Shown one piece after another: positions 1 through 12,032 of a DNA stretch of 64,000 nucleotides (the stretch's first letter is position 1; the number at the start of each line of letters is the position of its first letter). A program made the translations under genes and the position numbers. The notes under the pieces were generated by a model. That model saw only the letters and a list, made by a program, of their open reading frames with translations, was not told where the DNA came from and made no database searches. The stretch comes from Octopus bimaculoides. Its lineage: Eukaryota. The stretch spans positions 117,782,406-117,846,405 of the forward strand of contig NC_068984.1 of assembly GCF_001194135.2 (NCBI RefSeq), read 5' to 3'.

Positions 1-162
1 TTGATTACATCGACCCCAGTGCGTAACTGGTACTTAATTTATCGACCCCTAAAGGATGAAAGGCAAAGTCTACCTCGGCGGAATTTGAACTTAGAACGTA
101 ACGGCAGACAAAATACCGCTAAGCATTTCGCCTGGCGTGCTAACGGTTCTGCCAGCTCGCCA
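1..162 (-). mobile_element. SINE family B (tRNA-like head, Nin/Deu-like GCCTTTCATCCTT..GTCGATAAATTAAGTACCAG box), cut by window edge
   Basis: Reverse complement of GGCGAGCTGGCAGAACCGTTAGCACGCCAGGCGAAATGCTTAGCGG...; about 15 copies in the window. Confidence 0.85.
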
Positions 163-670
163 CTTTATTGTTATGTTTCTCCTATCTATTGCACCACTAT
201 TCTGTACACAGGAATGTTATGCATGTGTCAGCCCTGCCTGACTTCTCTCCTCATCCATAATCTTAAGCAATAAATACTACTCCTGTTAAGGAAGAATACA
301 TCATGCCACACACTGGCCAGAGTTCTTTCAAACTTTTCCTTTGTAGGAATAGGGAAAAACCCTCTGATTTCTGAAATTTGGAGGCATGCCACTTACCCCT
401 TGAATTTACGTAAATTCTACAAGCCAGAAGATACCCTCCTTTGTGACATACTCCTTTCACTCTTTTTCTTTTACCTGAAGCTGACCCTTATTGAACACTT
501 CTCTATGGCTCATGATTCAAGCAAAAACTGAGTTGTTGTATTAGTGATTTTGCTTTTTTATTTTTTTATGTGCATCTAAGATTGTAGCTGGTTTTTTTTT
601 GTTATATATTTGTTTAATTGTAATATTTTTCTAATTTTCAGCCGTGAGCTCACAAAATCATTAACAAACT

Positions 671-834
671 AGGCGTAGGAGTGGCTGTGTGGTAAGTAGC
701 TTGCTTACCAACCACATGGTTCCGGGTTCAGTCCCACTGCGTGGCACCTTGGGCAAGTGTCTTCTACTATAGCCTCGGGCCGACCAAAGCCTTGTGAGTG
801 GATTTGGTAGACGGAAACTGAAAGAAGCCCGTCG

Positions 835-873
<39 letters not shown>

Positions 874-1152
874 NNNNNNNNNNNNNNNNNNNNNNNNNNN
901 NNNNNNNNNNNNNNNNNNNNNNNNTGTGTGTGTGTGTGTTTGTGTGTCTGTGTTTGTCCCCCCCAACATCGCTTGACAACCGATGCTGGTGTGTTTACAT
1001 ACCCGTAACTTAGCGGTTCGGCAAAAGAGACTGATAGAATAAGTACTAGGCTTCCAAAGAATAAGTCTTGGGGGTCGAGTTGCTCGACTAAAGGCGGTGC
1101 TCCAGCATGGCCACAGTCAAAAGGCTGAAACAAGTAAAAGAGTAAAAGAGTA
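671..1152 (+). mobile_element. SINE family A (tRNA head, internal (TA)n/(TG)n, (GAGTAAAA)n tail), full length
   Basis: A-box TGGCTGTGTGG, B-box GGTTCAGTCCC, CTTGGGCAAGT box; about 20 related copies in the window. Confidence 0.9.
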
Positions 1153-1221
1153 TACACATGTGCAGCTCTATTCCTGTGGCAAGTTTTCTGCAGCTGGATG
1201 CCCTTCCTACTGCCATGCTTG

Positions 1222-1620
1222 GCAAAATGCTTAGTGGCATTTCTTCTGGTGCTTTCCATTTAATTCACATCCTACTGAGATCAACTTTGCCTTTCATTCT
1301 TTCAAGGGTGACGAAACAGAGTACCAGCCAAAAACCATGGGGGTGTCAGTGTAATCAACTTGCCCCCTTGTCTCAAAATTACTGGCTTGAGCCAAGATTT
1401 GAAAGAACTGTTAACTAAGGGTGGTGGATTGGCAGAATTGTTTGAGCATCAGAAAAATAGCTTTGAAGTATTTGTTCTGGCTCTTTATGTTCTGAGTTCA
1501 TATCTTGGTAAGGTTAAATTTTGCCTTTCATCTTTTTGGCGTCAATAAAATAAAGTAACAGTCAAGTACTAGGATCAATGGTATCAAGCTAACTCCCTCC
1601 CCTTATCATTGTTGACTAAA
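1222..1620 (+). mobile_element. two tandem decayed family-B copies
   Basis: TTTGCCTTTCATTCTTT...AGTACCAG at about 1287-1330 and TTTGCCTTTCATCTTT...AAGTACTAGG at about 1520-1575. Confidence 0.65.
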
Positions 1621-2333
1621 TCAGAAACAAATATTATTGTATAGATTTGGATTTTAGTAAGCTTAGCACCGCTTTTCTCATAAATAAAGAACACAGCATC
1701 CATATTTACTTCTTTATGTTATTGTTTCTGTTGTTTGATCTAGTTTTGTTTTATTTTATTTTTATCTTTTTTTTGCTTGTTCTTTTTTTTCTTTTTTTAC
1801 TCTCTCTCTCTTTTGTTATCAAAATTGCTGTTGCTGGTGATGCAAAGATATCAGGCTGTGCTGACAGCCAGCATAGGATCTCCCAGCATGAAAGATTGAA
1901 ATAATGTTTGAGTGAGATTAATGTGATATTCTTATTGTTAACTTTGAAGTGTTCAGGTTAAAGAAGGAGAGAAAAAAAACCCCCAGAAAAACAACGAGGA
2001 AAGAAACGGAAATAAAAAAAAAAAACCTGAAACAAATTAATGTACAGCAAGGACAGAGAATTATGTAATTTTAATGATATGCATGGAATTTCTTGCAAGA
2101 TTGAGGAAATAAAGTAAAGGTGTAAATAACATACATGAAATAGGATGAACATGTTCCTTTCCAAATGCTTAAGCTGAACAATCGCTGATTAACCTTTCAT
2201 GGCAATCACATGTTCTTCACTTGGCTAAGACAGATTAGATTTTCCTTTTTCAGAGTTAGGAACATATTTCAGCCCTCAAACTGCTGTTAATTTTATACAG
2301 TGAATCAACATATTGAGTTCATTATTTCTCATA

Positions 2334-2668
2334 TACTCTTTTACTCTTTTACTTGTTTCAGTCATATGACTGCGGCCATGCTGGAGCACCGCCTTTAGTC
2401 GAGCAAATTGACCCCAGGACTTATTCTTTGGAAGCCTGATACTTATTCTATCGGTCTCTTTTGCCGAACCGTTAAGTTACGGGGACGTAAACACACCACC
2501 ATCGGTTGTCAAGCGATGTTGGGGGGACAAACACAGACACACAAACATATACACACACATATAGGCTATAGTAGAAGACACTTGCCCAAGATGCCATGCA
2601 ATGGAAATGAACCCGGAACCATGTGGTTGGTAAGCAAGCTACTTTACCACACAGCTACTCCTGCGCCT
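2334..2668 (-). mobile_element. SINE family A with internal deletion
   Basis: Reverse-complement match to 671-1152, lacking about 70 bp next to the microsatellite. Confidence 0.88.
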
Positions 2669-3083
2669 ATATATTAGGAATTAAAGTACTCACAATGCTC
2701 TTTTTGTATATTCTGGGTGTGATTAAAAGGTGAGTCTGGGCTGCAATTTCTATAAAATTTAACAACCATTTAGAGGTTCTCTTGTTAGGGATTAACAGAT
2801 TTCTGAGATATTAGGATACTAAAAGCAAGCTGAGAGGTCAGTGAGTCACATTTTATTGAGAGTTTTGAGTGGTATCCAAGATGCCCAGCTCTCAAATGGG
2901 TCAGTTTATTAAGCTGTAAATAGCTGCCAATCTCAACCAAGATTATACCCAATAGTCTTAAAAAAAAACAGAAAGACATTTGGAGGATGTTATCCAAGAC
3001 AGTACTAATGAATGAAGTTATGGATTCTTATGGCTAAGGAGGTAAAAACTGATCAGTGGGTACAGCCTAGAAATATGCATATG

Positions 3084-3307
3084 CACACACACACACACAC
3101 ACACACATACATACACACATTACATACATGCTCACACACACTTACCATATATAAACACACACACACAAAGAGGAAAGAGAGTGAGAAAGAGGGAGAAAAC
3201 TAGATAGATAGATTGATAGATAGATAGATAGATAGATAGATAGACAGACAGACAAACAGATAGATAGATAGATAAATACAGACAGACAGACAGACAGACA
3301 GAGACAT

Positions 3308-3344
<37 letters not shown>

Positions 3345-3351
3345 TAGATAA

Positions 3352-3412
<61 letters not shown>

Positions 3413-3440
3413 GAAATAGATAGATAGGTAGATAGACAGA
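3084..3440. repeat. compound microsatellite (CA)n and (GATA/GACA)n
   Basis: Direct observation. Confidence 0.95.
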
Positions 3441-4234
3441 TGAACAATCAGACAGGTGTATAATTAAACATTTGTTTTAGGTGACATTCAGGCCAAAAGT
3501 TTTAATGGAATAAATAAATAAATAAAGATGGAATAAATTCCTCCAAAGAATAAATAGATTTGAAGGATATTTCTATTGTTTGCTCAATTGTTAGAGTAGA
3601 AAGAAAAGAATAAATATTTTCAACTTTTGTCTGTAGTTTGATATTTGATAACTCAGCGTTTGTCTTGTTAGACGGAGCAACAAGCAATAGACAAGCACAC
3701 AAAAGAGAGAGGCGCGAGGGGAAGAATTAGGAGGTGGGGGTGGGTGGAGATTTTGTATAGAGAATGCAAGACAGCTTTAAATGTGGAGAGCAATACTGGA
3801 AGTGGAAGATCTTTTATTTTATTTTATTTTATTAATATTTTTTTTTGGCATTCTAAAGATCAAAAGCATTTTGATATAAATCAGATCTCTTAAAGCTTGC
3901 AGGTGTACTTTGTAATACTGCATGAATTCTACGAAATTAATCAAAAAATTTCACAGTTTTACTTATTACTCTACTTTAATGCCAAGATTAATTGTGTCCG
4001 AAACTTATGATTAGAGTCATTTTTAAATCCCTTATTTGTTTTTTTTTTTTAAAAAAAAGGTTTGGATACTTTTTTATTTCTTGTTAAAATTTCAGATCAT
4101 GAAACTAGTGAAGTATTTGCAGATGCTGTTGTTATTATTGTTGTTGTTGTTGTTGTTGAAAATCAGATTAGCACAGATAGTGATAAACCTATAATTCTTT
4201 CTACTATAGATACAAGTCCTGAAATTTTGGGAGA

Positions 4235-4388
4235 AGGAGAAGAGTCAATTATATCGACCCTAGTGTTTGACTGGTATCTATTTTATTGACTCCAAAACAG
4301 TGAAAGGCAAAGTTGACCTTCGCAGCAAGAAGAAATGCCCCTGGGCATTTTGTTCAGTGTGCTAATGATTCTGCTAGTTTGCCATCTT
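4235..4388 (-). mobile_element. SINE family B fragment
   Basis: TCGACCCTAGTG...TGGTATC...GAAAGGCAAAGTTGACC. Confidence 0.65.
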
Positions 4389-4491
4389 TTAGAGGTAAAC
4401 CTATAATGAAAATCATTTTAATATGGACAAATCTTATTTTTCTTTTCTTTTTCTGAGGCTGCGAACATCCTTTTCCTACATGCCAAATTTT

Positions 4492-4560
<69 letters not shown>

Positions 4561-4806
4561 TCTTCCAGAATGAGGTTCATCTTCTAGGCTGTAGTCTCTA
4601 GCTCAGAATTTCTAGAACCACCATTCACACTGGCTTACACTTATTGTCTGATCCCCATATACTGCATTAATATTCCTCGCACTTTCCATTGCATTGTTGC
4701 CTTTATTGAACTCATAAAGCAGAATATGCCAAATATGCTCTTTTGTCACTTCCATTATAGCTTTCATTATGTCATTAATTTCCAGCTTCCATGAAAATAT
4801 ATCCAA
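4561..4806 (-). pseudogene. mariner transposase N-terminal (HTH) fragment
   Basis: From 4755: MEVTKEHIWHILLYEFNKGNNAMESARNINAVYGDQTISVSQCEWWF*KF*ARDYSLEDEPHSGR, a classic mariner N-terminus (WF.KF..G...LED..RSGR) with two stops; truncated at a (TA)n tract. Confidence 0.9.
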
Positions 4807-4834
4807 TCACCAAGGAGAAACATTACCTTGCTTG

Positions 4835-4960
4835 GAAGCAACAGTCAAGGATTAGGGACAGGAAGGGCATCCAACTGCAGAGAAATCCATGGGAAACATG
4901 CTAGCATGGTGAAGTGGACATTAAAACAACAGCAATGATGATGATGATGACGACGACGAT
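4835..4960 (+). mobile_element. family C (RTE 3'UTR-like) decayed fragment
   Basis: AGGAAGGGCATCCAACTG...CATGCTAGCATGG...GGACATTAAAA, then GAT-rich tail. Confidence 0.6.
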
Positions 4961-5107
4961 GATGACAATGATGACGACAGACAGTGATGACGATGATGAC
5001 AATGTTGATGGTGATGAAACATCATATAAAGAGGCTACCATTTTTGTGATATTCTCCTCCTTTAGCTTCCCTGTCAATCTATGCCAGGCTTAAATCTGTG
5101 GCCTGTG

Positions 5108-5164
<57 letters not shown>

Positions 5165-5704
5165 ACACCACACACACACACACACTTCACTTTTACTCGT
5201 TGATGTCTTCATTAAACATCTGACTAACCTTATTGACTTTAAAGCAGATATAACGTTCTGTGGGTGATTCACACCATAAGAAATTCAGATGTTTGTATTT
5301 TTTTTTTGGTTCTATCTTTTTGTAGGGGCATATATTTATAGCAAGAAAATGTAAAGAATTTACTGAGATGAGCAAAATATATGTTGAAGTATCAGTGTTA
5401 TTATATTAATGTGTTACGTGTAGTAACTGTGCTTGTTTGGCAGTAGAGCTAATTTTATTGTTAAGACTTATATAATGCATTTGAAGGGGTGTTCAACTTC
5501 AAGTTAATATCAGAAGAATGGAACAAGGGGCAACAATGACATTACAGTGCTCTGGAAACATACTCCATTTGAACTTCAAACAAACTGCAAATGGTCAGGA
5601 TAGATTAGAGACTGTCTGCAAAGAGCGAGGATTAAAATATGAATAGGCCACTACCACCACTAACTACTACCACCATTGCCACCACAGCCCCACCGTTTCC
5701 ATCG

Positions 5705-5890
5705 TCGTCCTCCTCCTTCCCATCATAATCATCATCTAACATCCATTTTCCAACCCAGCATGAGTTGGGAAAGTTCACCAATATCTGACAGGTTGGAAGA
5801 CTGTGTTAGACTCCATAATCTGCTTTGGCATGGTTTCTTCAGCTGGATGTACTTCCTAAAACCAACTACTTTGCTAAATGTGCTAGATGC
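5705..5890 (-). mobile_element. family C decayed copy
   Basis: CATCATCTAACATCCATTTTCC...AGCTGGATGTACTTCCTAAAACCAAC. Confidence 0.6.
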
Positions 5891-5913
5891 TTTATTTAAA
5901 TTTTTTTTTTTTT

Positions 5914-6424
5914 GTGGCTGTGTGGTAAGTAGCTTGCTTACCAACCACATGGTTCCGGGTTCAGTCCCACTGCATGGCACCTTAGGCAAGTGTCTTCTAC
6001 TATAGCCTCAGGCCGACCAAAGCATTGTGAGTGGATTTGGTAGACGGAAACTGGAAGAAGCTCGTCGTATATATGTATATATATATACATATNNNNNNNN
6101 NNNNNNNNNNNNNNNNNNNNNNNNNNNNNNNNNNNNNNNNNNNNNNNNNNNNNNNNNNNNNNNNNNNNNNNNNNNNNNNNNNNNNNNNNNNNNTATATAT
6201 ATATATATATGTATGTGTGTTTGTTTTTCTGTATTTGTCCCCCCACCATTGCTTGACAACCGATGGTGGTGTGTTTATGTCCCCGTAACTTAGTGGTTCG
6301 GCAAAAAGAGACCGATAGAATAAGTACTAGGCTTACAAAGAATAAGTCCTGGGGTCGATTTTATCGACTAAAGGCAGTGCTCCAGCATGGCTGCAGTCAA
6401 ATGATTGAAACAAGTAAAAGAGTA
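5914..6424 (+). mobile_element. SINE family A
   Basis: Colinear with 671-1152; gap falls in the internal microsatellite. Confidence 0.9.
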
Positions 6425-8069
6425 ATATGAGTACTAGTGTGATTGCTTTGCAAATAAGATTAAGGGCCTAAAATGGCACCTATTACCAAAGGAGAATAGA
6501 AGGGAAAGATATATATTTATATATAGAGAGAGTGTACAATGATTCTAGGTGGGACAATGACAGAGAGTAAAGATTGATGAGAAGAACAGCTTTTCCCAGC
6601 ATTCAGTTCTCACCTCAGCACTTTCTTTATTGCGCAACTGCAATGCTCGGTTCTTCAATTACTCCTTGATCAACTTCAAACTTAGTCTTGAAATTAGCAA
6701 CCTCTTGACCAAGATCAACACTCAAACTTCGAATCAATTCCTCTTTGATCTACTTCAATACTTAATCCTCACACCAACAACATATTGATCTACTTCTTCA
6801 GCCCCAATCCCCCTGGGTCTCAGATTGGTAATACCTTGACCTTCTTATAGACCTGATCTTCAAGTCAGGTTAACAATCCTCAGGCTGACACTGAACTAGC
6901 AACTACCATATCTAACTAACCAACCAACCTCGCAGCAACTCAGCATCTCTAGTTCTTGTCATCATCTTTTCTCATCACATGCCAGTGGTAACCTAAATAT
7001 TTTAAGATGCATAATTGCTAAAAAGAAAAAGAATATATATAACAAAATAACATGCATAAAAAAAAAAAAAAAAGAGCATAACACAAAAAAATATGTAATT
7101 AGCAGGCTTTACTGAAATTCTTGGTTTGGAAACAACCAATAACAGAACTCAGAGTTTTCAGTTTAGTAGATGTTGCTGGGTTGATGGGGGTGGTTACAAA
7201 AATAGTATTACTGACAAACAGCACCTGAGTAGTCAGTCAGCTAGTGAAGAGTAAGAAGTGAAGTCTGAGAATGGTATNNNNNNNNNNNNNNNNNNNNNNN
7301 NNNNNNNNNNNNNNNNNNNNNNNNNNNNNNNNNNNNNNNNNNNNNNNNNNNNNNNNNNNNNNNNNNNNNNNNNNNNNNNNNNNNNNNNNNNNNNNNNNNN
7401 NNNNNNNNNNNNNNNNNNNNNNNNNNNNNNNNNNNNNNNNNNNNNNNNNNNNNNNNNNNNNNNNNNNNNNNNNNNNNNNNNNNNNNNNNNNNNNNNNNNN
7501 NNNNNNNNNNNNNNNNNNNNNNNNNNNNNNNNNNNNNNNNNNNNNNNNNNNNNNNNNNNNNNNNNNNNNNNNNNNNNNNNNNNNNNNNNNNNNNNNNNNN
7601 NNNNNNNNNNNNNNNNNNNNNNNNNNNNNNNNNNNNNNNNNNNNNNNNNNNNNNNNNNNNNNNNNNNNNNNNNNNNNNNNNNNNNNNNNNNNNNNNNNNN
7701 NNNNNNNNNNNNNNNNNNNNNNNNNNNNNNNNNNNNNNNNNNNNNNNNNNNNNNNNNNNNNNNNNNNNNNNNNNNNNNNNNNNNNNNNNNNNNNNNNNNN
7801 NNNNNNNNNNNNNNNNNNNNNNNNNNNNNNNNNNNNNNNNNNNNNNNNNNNNNNNNNNNNNNNNNNNNNNNNNNNNNNNNNNNNNNNNNNNNNNNNTATA
7901 TATATATATATATATTCATATATATAGATATATACATACATATAAGTAAGAGCTGTCTCGGTTCTTGATTCTTGTGTCCTGTGACTCATAGGGTCATGTT
8001 CTCAGTTTGCTTGGTATATAAGTAACTGAGATCATAATTTGATTTAAAGAAGGACTGGAGAAACATGAA

Positions 8070-8170
8070 ATTAAGTGTTTTGCTTGAAAACACAATGCCC
8101 CACCCTGTCTGGGAATTGAAACCTTGATCTAGCAATCATGTGTGTAACAGCGTAACCACTAGGCCACAAT
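8070..8170 (-). mobile_element. SINE family D head fragment
   Basis: GAAATTAAGTGTTTTGCTTGAAAACACAA...GGGAATTGAAACC...TAACCACT. Confidence 0.55.
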
Positions 8171-8261
8171 CCTTCACACATATAATATACATACATGTGT
8201 GTGTGTGTGTGTATTTGTATATTTGGCAGCAGAAGGATTATATAAATATTTATACAATACA

Positions 8262-8700
8262 AAAGCGGTGAGCTGGCAGAAACATTAGCACACCAAGCAA
8301 AATGCTTGACGGTATTTCATCCATGTGAACGTTCTGGGTTCAAATTCTGCCAAGGTCAACTTAGCCTTTCATCCTTTCGGGGTCGATAAATTAAGAATAA
8401 ATTATGCACTGGGGTGGATGTAATCGACTTAATCCCTTTGTCTGTCCTTGTTTGTCCCCTCTATGTTTAGCTCCTTGTGGACAATAAAGAAATAAGAAAC
8501 GTTAGCACGCCGGGCGAAATGCTTAGCGCTATTTTGTCTGTCTTTACATTCTGAGTTCAAATTCCCCCATGGTTGACTTTGCCTTTCATCCTTTCAGGAT
8601 TAATAAATTAAGTACCAGTTGTATACTGAGGTTGATCTAATTGACTGGCCTCTTCCCCAAAAATTTCGAGCCTTGTGCATAGAATAGAAAAGAATATTTA
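8262..8700 (+). mobile_element. family-B head-to-tail dimer (two different 3' tails)
   Basis: Copy 1 ends GTCCCCTCTATGTTTAGCTCCTTGTGGACAATAAAGAAAT; copy 2 starts directly and ends GCCTTGTGCATAGAATAGAAAAGAATATT. Confidence 0.82.
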
Positions 8701-8890
8701 TACAATACAGTATTATACATCCCTTTCAGGTGATTTTACAAAACAATTTTGTACATGTGAGTTTTGGAGAAATTTCCAACCAGTCTTTCCAATAAATACC
8801 AAGATTGGGTTTTCCCCAGACACCTTTTGGGAAAATTGGATAAAAAGTATCTGTAATACTTTGTTGTATAAATATATGTATACCTATAGG

Positions 8891-8927
<37 letters not shown>

Positions 8928-9058
8928 TTATGTATAATTATATTATGGTTACTTGATTAAAAATATCAAAATCTAAACTTAACTTCAGCAGAGATTCCTG
9001 CATTTTGAGATGTACATATGTATGTATGAATGTATGTATGTATGTATGTATGTGTATA

Positions 9059-9390
9059 AAGGCCTGTGCTATGCAGGACACTGACTGGGAGAACAATGCC
9101 TGTCATTGCCACAGATGGAGATAGCAGGTTAAGGAGGGGATCGACACTTTTGAGAGAGCACGTATCCAGCATGAAGAACTTAAGTGAGCTGCACGAAAGC
9201 GCACGGCTTGTATAGTGAATGGAGAAAGCTTGGTCTGCAATGTTTGCAGTCGTGTATGCTTGTCAAGAGCAGGGCTCATTAGCCACCAATGGAGCCGCAA
9301 ATGCAAAATATAAGTTAGTCCTAGAGCGCACAATGTTCCTGAAGGTCGGCAATGGTCTTCCTCGGTCACGAGTGGACGGCCATCATCATC
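9059..9390 (+). pseudogene. RTE-clade LINE 3' fragment (ORF C-terminus with C2HC-type finger, 3'UTR, (ATC)n tail)
   Basis: 9059-9313 translates KACAMQDTDWENNACHCHRWR*QVKEGIDTFERARIQHEELK*AARKRTACIVNGESLVCNVCSRVCLSRAGLISHQWSRKCKI*, matching the RTE WE..A.DR..WR...G...FE and C..C.R.C.SR.GL.SH motifs; ends GGACGGCCATCATCATC. Confidence 0.85.
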
Positions 9391-9759
9391 AAGTCTGTAT
9401 GTCATTATTCAGTTTTATTTCAAGATTTCTTGCCAATAGAGAAAGAGCCAGTTTCTAAACTAGATCTGAGGTTCCTTCATTGGAATTCCAACATCTGCAC
9501 AGTATTTTTGTGTGCATGTGTATGTGCAGTATTTGGAGTCAGTGCATGTGCCGATATGTATGTTTTGTCAAGATATGCTTGTCAAGGCATGCTCATATAT
9601 ACTTAAATGATAAACTTGTGGAAAGCTTTACAGATATTTACAGTTCCAGTGATGGCTTGGATTTGTAGTCTTCAAATTAGCTTTCTCCTTTCTGGTTGCA
9701 TATCCCAGTGTCCCAATAATTACAGGTATAAACCTGAACTTGTAATCTGGATAGAGTAA

Positions 9760-9892
9760 CTGTATGTGTGTGTGTATGTATGTATGTATGTATGTATGTA
9801 TGTATGTATGTATGTATGTATGTATGCAAGCATACATATGTACATACATATGTATGTATCTCTTTTTCTCTTGCTCTCTCTCTCTCTCTCTC

Positions 9893-9927
<35 letters not shown>

Positions 9928-9990
9928 TTAAACCCAGGTGTGAGCATGAACTGTTGGCTCCCCTGTGTGTATATATATGTATGAGTGTGT

Positions 9991-10037
<47 letters not shown>

Positions 10038-10129
10038 TGTGTCCATAAATGCATGCATGCATGAGTGAGAGCATGTGCAAATCTCATCTGTCGCTCTGAC
10101 TCACACGCACTCACACACACACACACACA

Positions 10130-10175
<46 letters not shown>
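9760..10175. repeat. compound microsatellites (TATG)n, (CT)n, (GATA)n, (TG)n, (CA)n
   Basis: Direct observation. Confidence 0.92.
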
Positions 10176-10179
<4 letters not shown>

Positions 10180-10895
10180 ACATCACAAGCACCTATCAGC
10201 CAATCTCTTTACCTCACTACAGATTTCTCATATTTCTTGGAACATGAAACACTAAACAAATAAATGAAATACAGAAAAAATAACAATAATANNNNNNNNN
10301 NNNNNNNNNNNNNNNNNNNNNNNNNNNNNNNNNNNNNNNNNNNNNNNNNNNNNNNNNNNNNNNNNNNNNNNNNNNNNNNNNNNNNNNNNNNNNNNNNNNN
10401 NNNNNNNNNNNNNNNNNNNNNNNNNNNNNNNNNNNNNNNNNNNNNNNNNNNNNNNNNNNNNNNNNNNNNNNNNNNNNNNNNNNNNNNNNNNNNNNNNNNN
10501 NNNNNNNNNNNNNNNNNNNNNNNNNNNNNNNNNNNNNNNNNNNNNNNNNNNNNNNNNNNNNNNNNNNNNNNNNNNNNNNNNNNNNNNNNNNNNNNNNNNN
10601 NNNNNNNNNNNNNNNNNNNNNNNNNNNNNNNNNNNNNNNNNNNNNNNNNNNNNNNNNNNNNNNNNNNNNNNNNNNNNNNNNNNNNNNNNNNNNNNNNNNN
10701 NNNNNNNNNNNNNNNNNNNNNNNNNNNNNNNNNNNNNNNNNNNNNNNNNNNNNNNNNNNNNNNNNNNNNNNNNNNNNNNNNNNNNNNNNNNNNNNNNNNN
10801 NNNNNNNNNNNNNNNNNNNNNNNNNNNNNNNNNNNNNNNNNNNNNNNNNNNNNNNNNNNNNNNNNNNNNNNNNNNNNNNNNNNNNNNNNNNNNNN

Positions 10896-10937
<42 letters not shown>

Positions 10938-11116
10938 CATAACTTATATTCTTTCTTATTCTTTCTCTCTTTTCATATTCTTTTATTCTATATATATGTG
11001 TGTGTGTGTGTGTGTCTGTCTGTCTGTCTGTCTGTGTTTGTGTGTGCGTGTATATATATATATATCAATGTGACTCTTTCTATTCTATGTAGTTGTGTCT
11101 TACTCTCACTTTTGTT

Positions 11117-11117
<1 letters not shown>

Positions 11118-11189
<72 letters not shown>

Positions 11190-11190
11190 A
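11118..11190. repeat. (CT)n microsatellite
   Basis: Direct observation. Confidence 0.95.
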
Positions 11191-11691
11191 TCATATTTTT
11201 GTCTTTTATTCTAATAACGCAGCAAACAACCAAGATCTACCTTTACTTCCCTTCCACTCTAGCTTTTTCTTTTCTTTTTTTTTGCTATCACCCCTACTTG
11301 AAACACCAAGTTCATTTTTCTCTTCCTTTCTAACTCCTGTTGTCTTTTTACTTTATTCCCTCTATTTCATCATCTTCTATTCTCATCCAGTGCTTTCATC
11401 AATACACTTTCTTATTTTCCCTGTCCTTGTCCCCTTCTCTAACTTCCTTTTCTTTTTCCTTCTCTTTCACCTTTTTCCCACTTACTTTCACTTTCCACTT
11501 CATCTTACTCCTCTGCTTCCCTTCCTCTCCCTTTTCCCTACTTATACTTACTGACTCCCCTCGCTCTCCCAGTCCAGTATCACCAACTTCAGCACCTAGT
11601 AATTTTTTCTTCTGGGATCCTTCATTACAGCATGCTAACTCCTTTTCATTATTCCAATTGCATCACACACAAACCTCTATATATATACACA

Positions 11692-12015
11692 CAGGCACAG
11701 GCATGGCTGTTCTATTAAAAAGTTTGCCACTGTGTGGCACCTTGGACAAGTGTCTTCTACTACAGCCCCAGGCCAGCCAAATCCTTATGAGCAGATAAAT
11801 GAGTGTGTGTCAGCATTTGTGCTTTCCAAAAATCATGAGCTACATGTAGTGATGTTGGTGTCTTCTGCTGGCTTTGTACCTTCAAAGACGTAAAATAGGA
11901 GATCCCTTTCATGAAACACAAGTAAGGGTTATTGACAGGAAGAGTATTCGACTGTAAAACAATGCCTCAATAATGCATTCATTTAACCCATGCCATCATG
12001 GAAAACAGGTGTAAA
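11692..12015 (+). mobile_element. decayed family-A head followed by decayed family-C-like 3' end
   Basis: CACCTTGGACAAGTGTCTTCTACTACAGCC, then GACAGGAAGAGTATTC...ACCCATGCCATCATGGAAAA. Confidence 0.55.
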
Positions 12016-12032
12016 AACTAGTGAACAAATAT

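Noticed and set aside
7233-7989. Long ORFs consisting mainly of X (also at 10209, 14615, 22690, 26524, 27519, 40852, 44640, 52902, 58805, 59653)
   Set aside because: Artefacts of translating N-gaps and flanking (TA)n.
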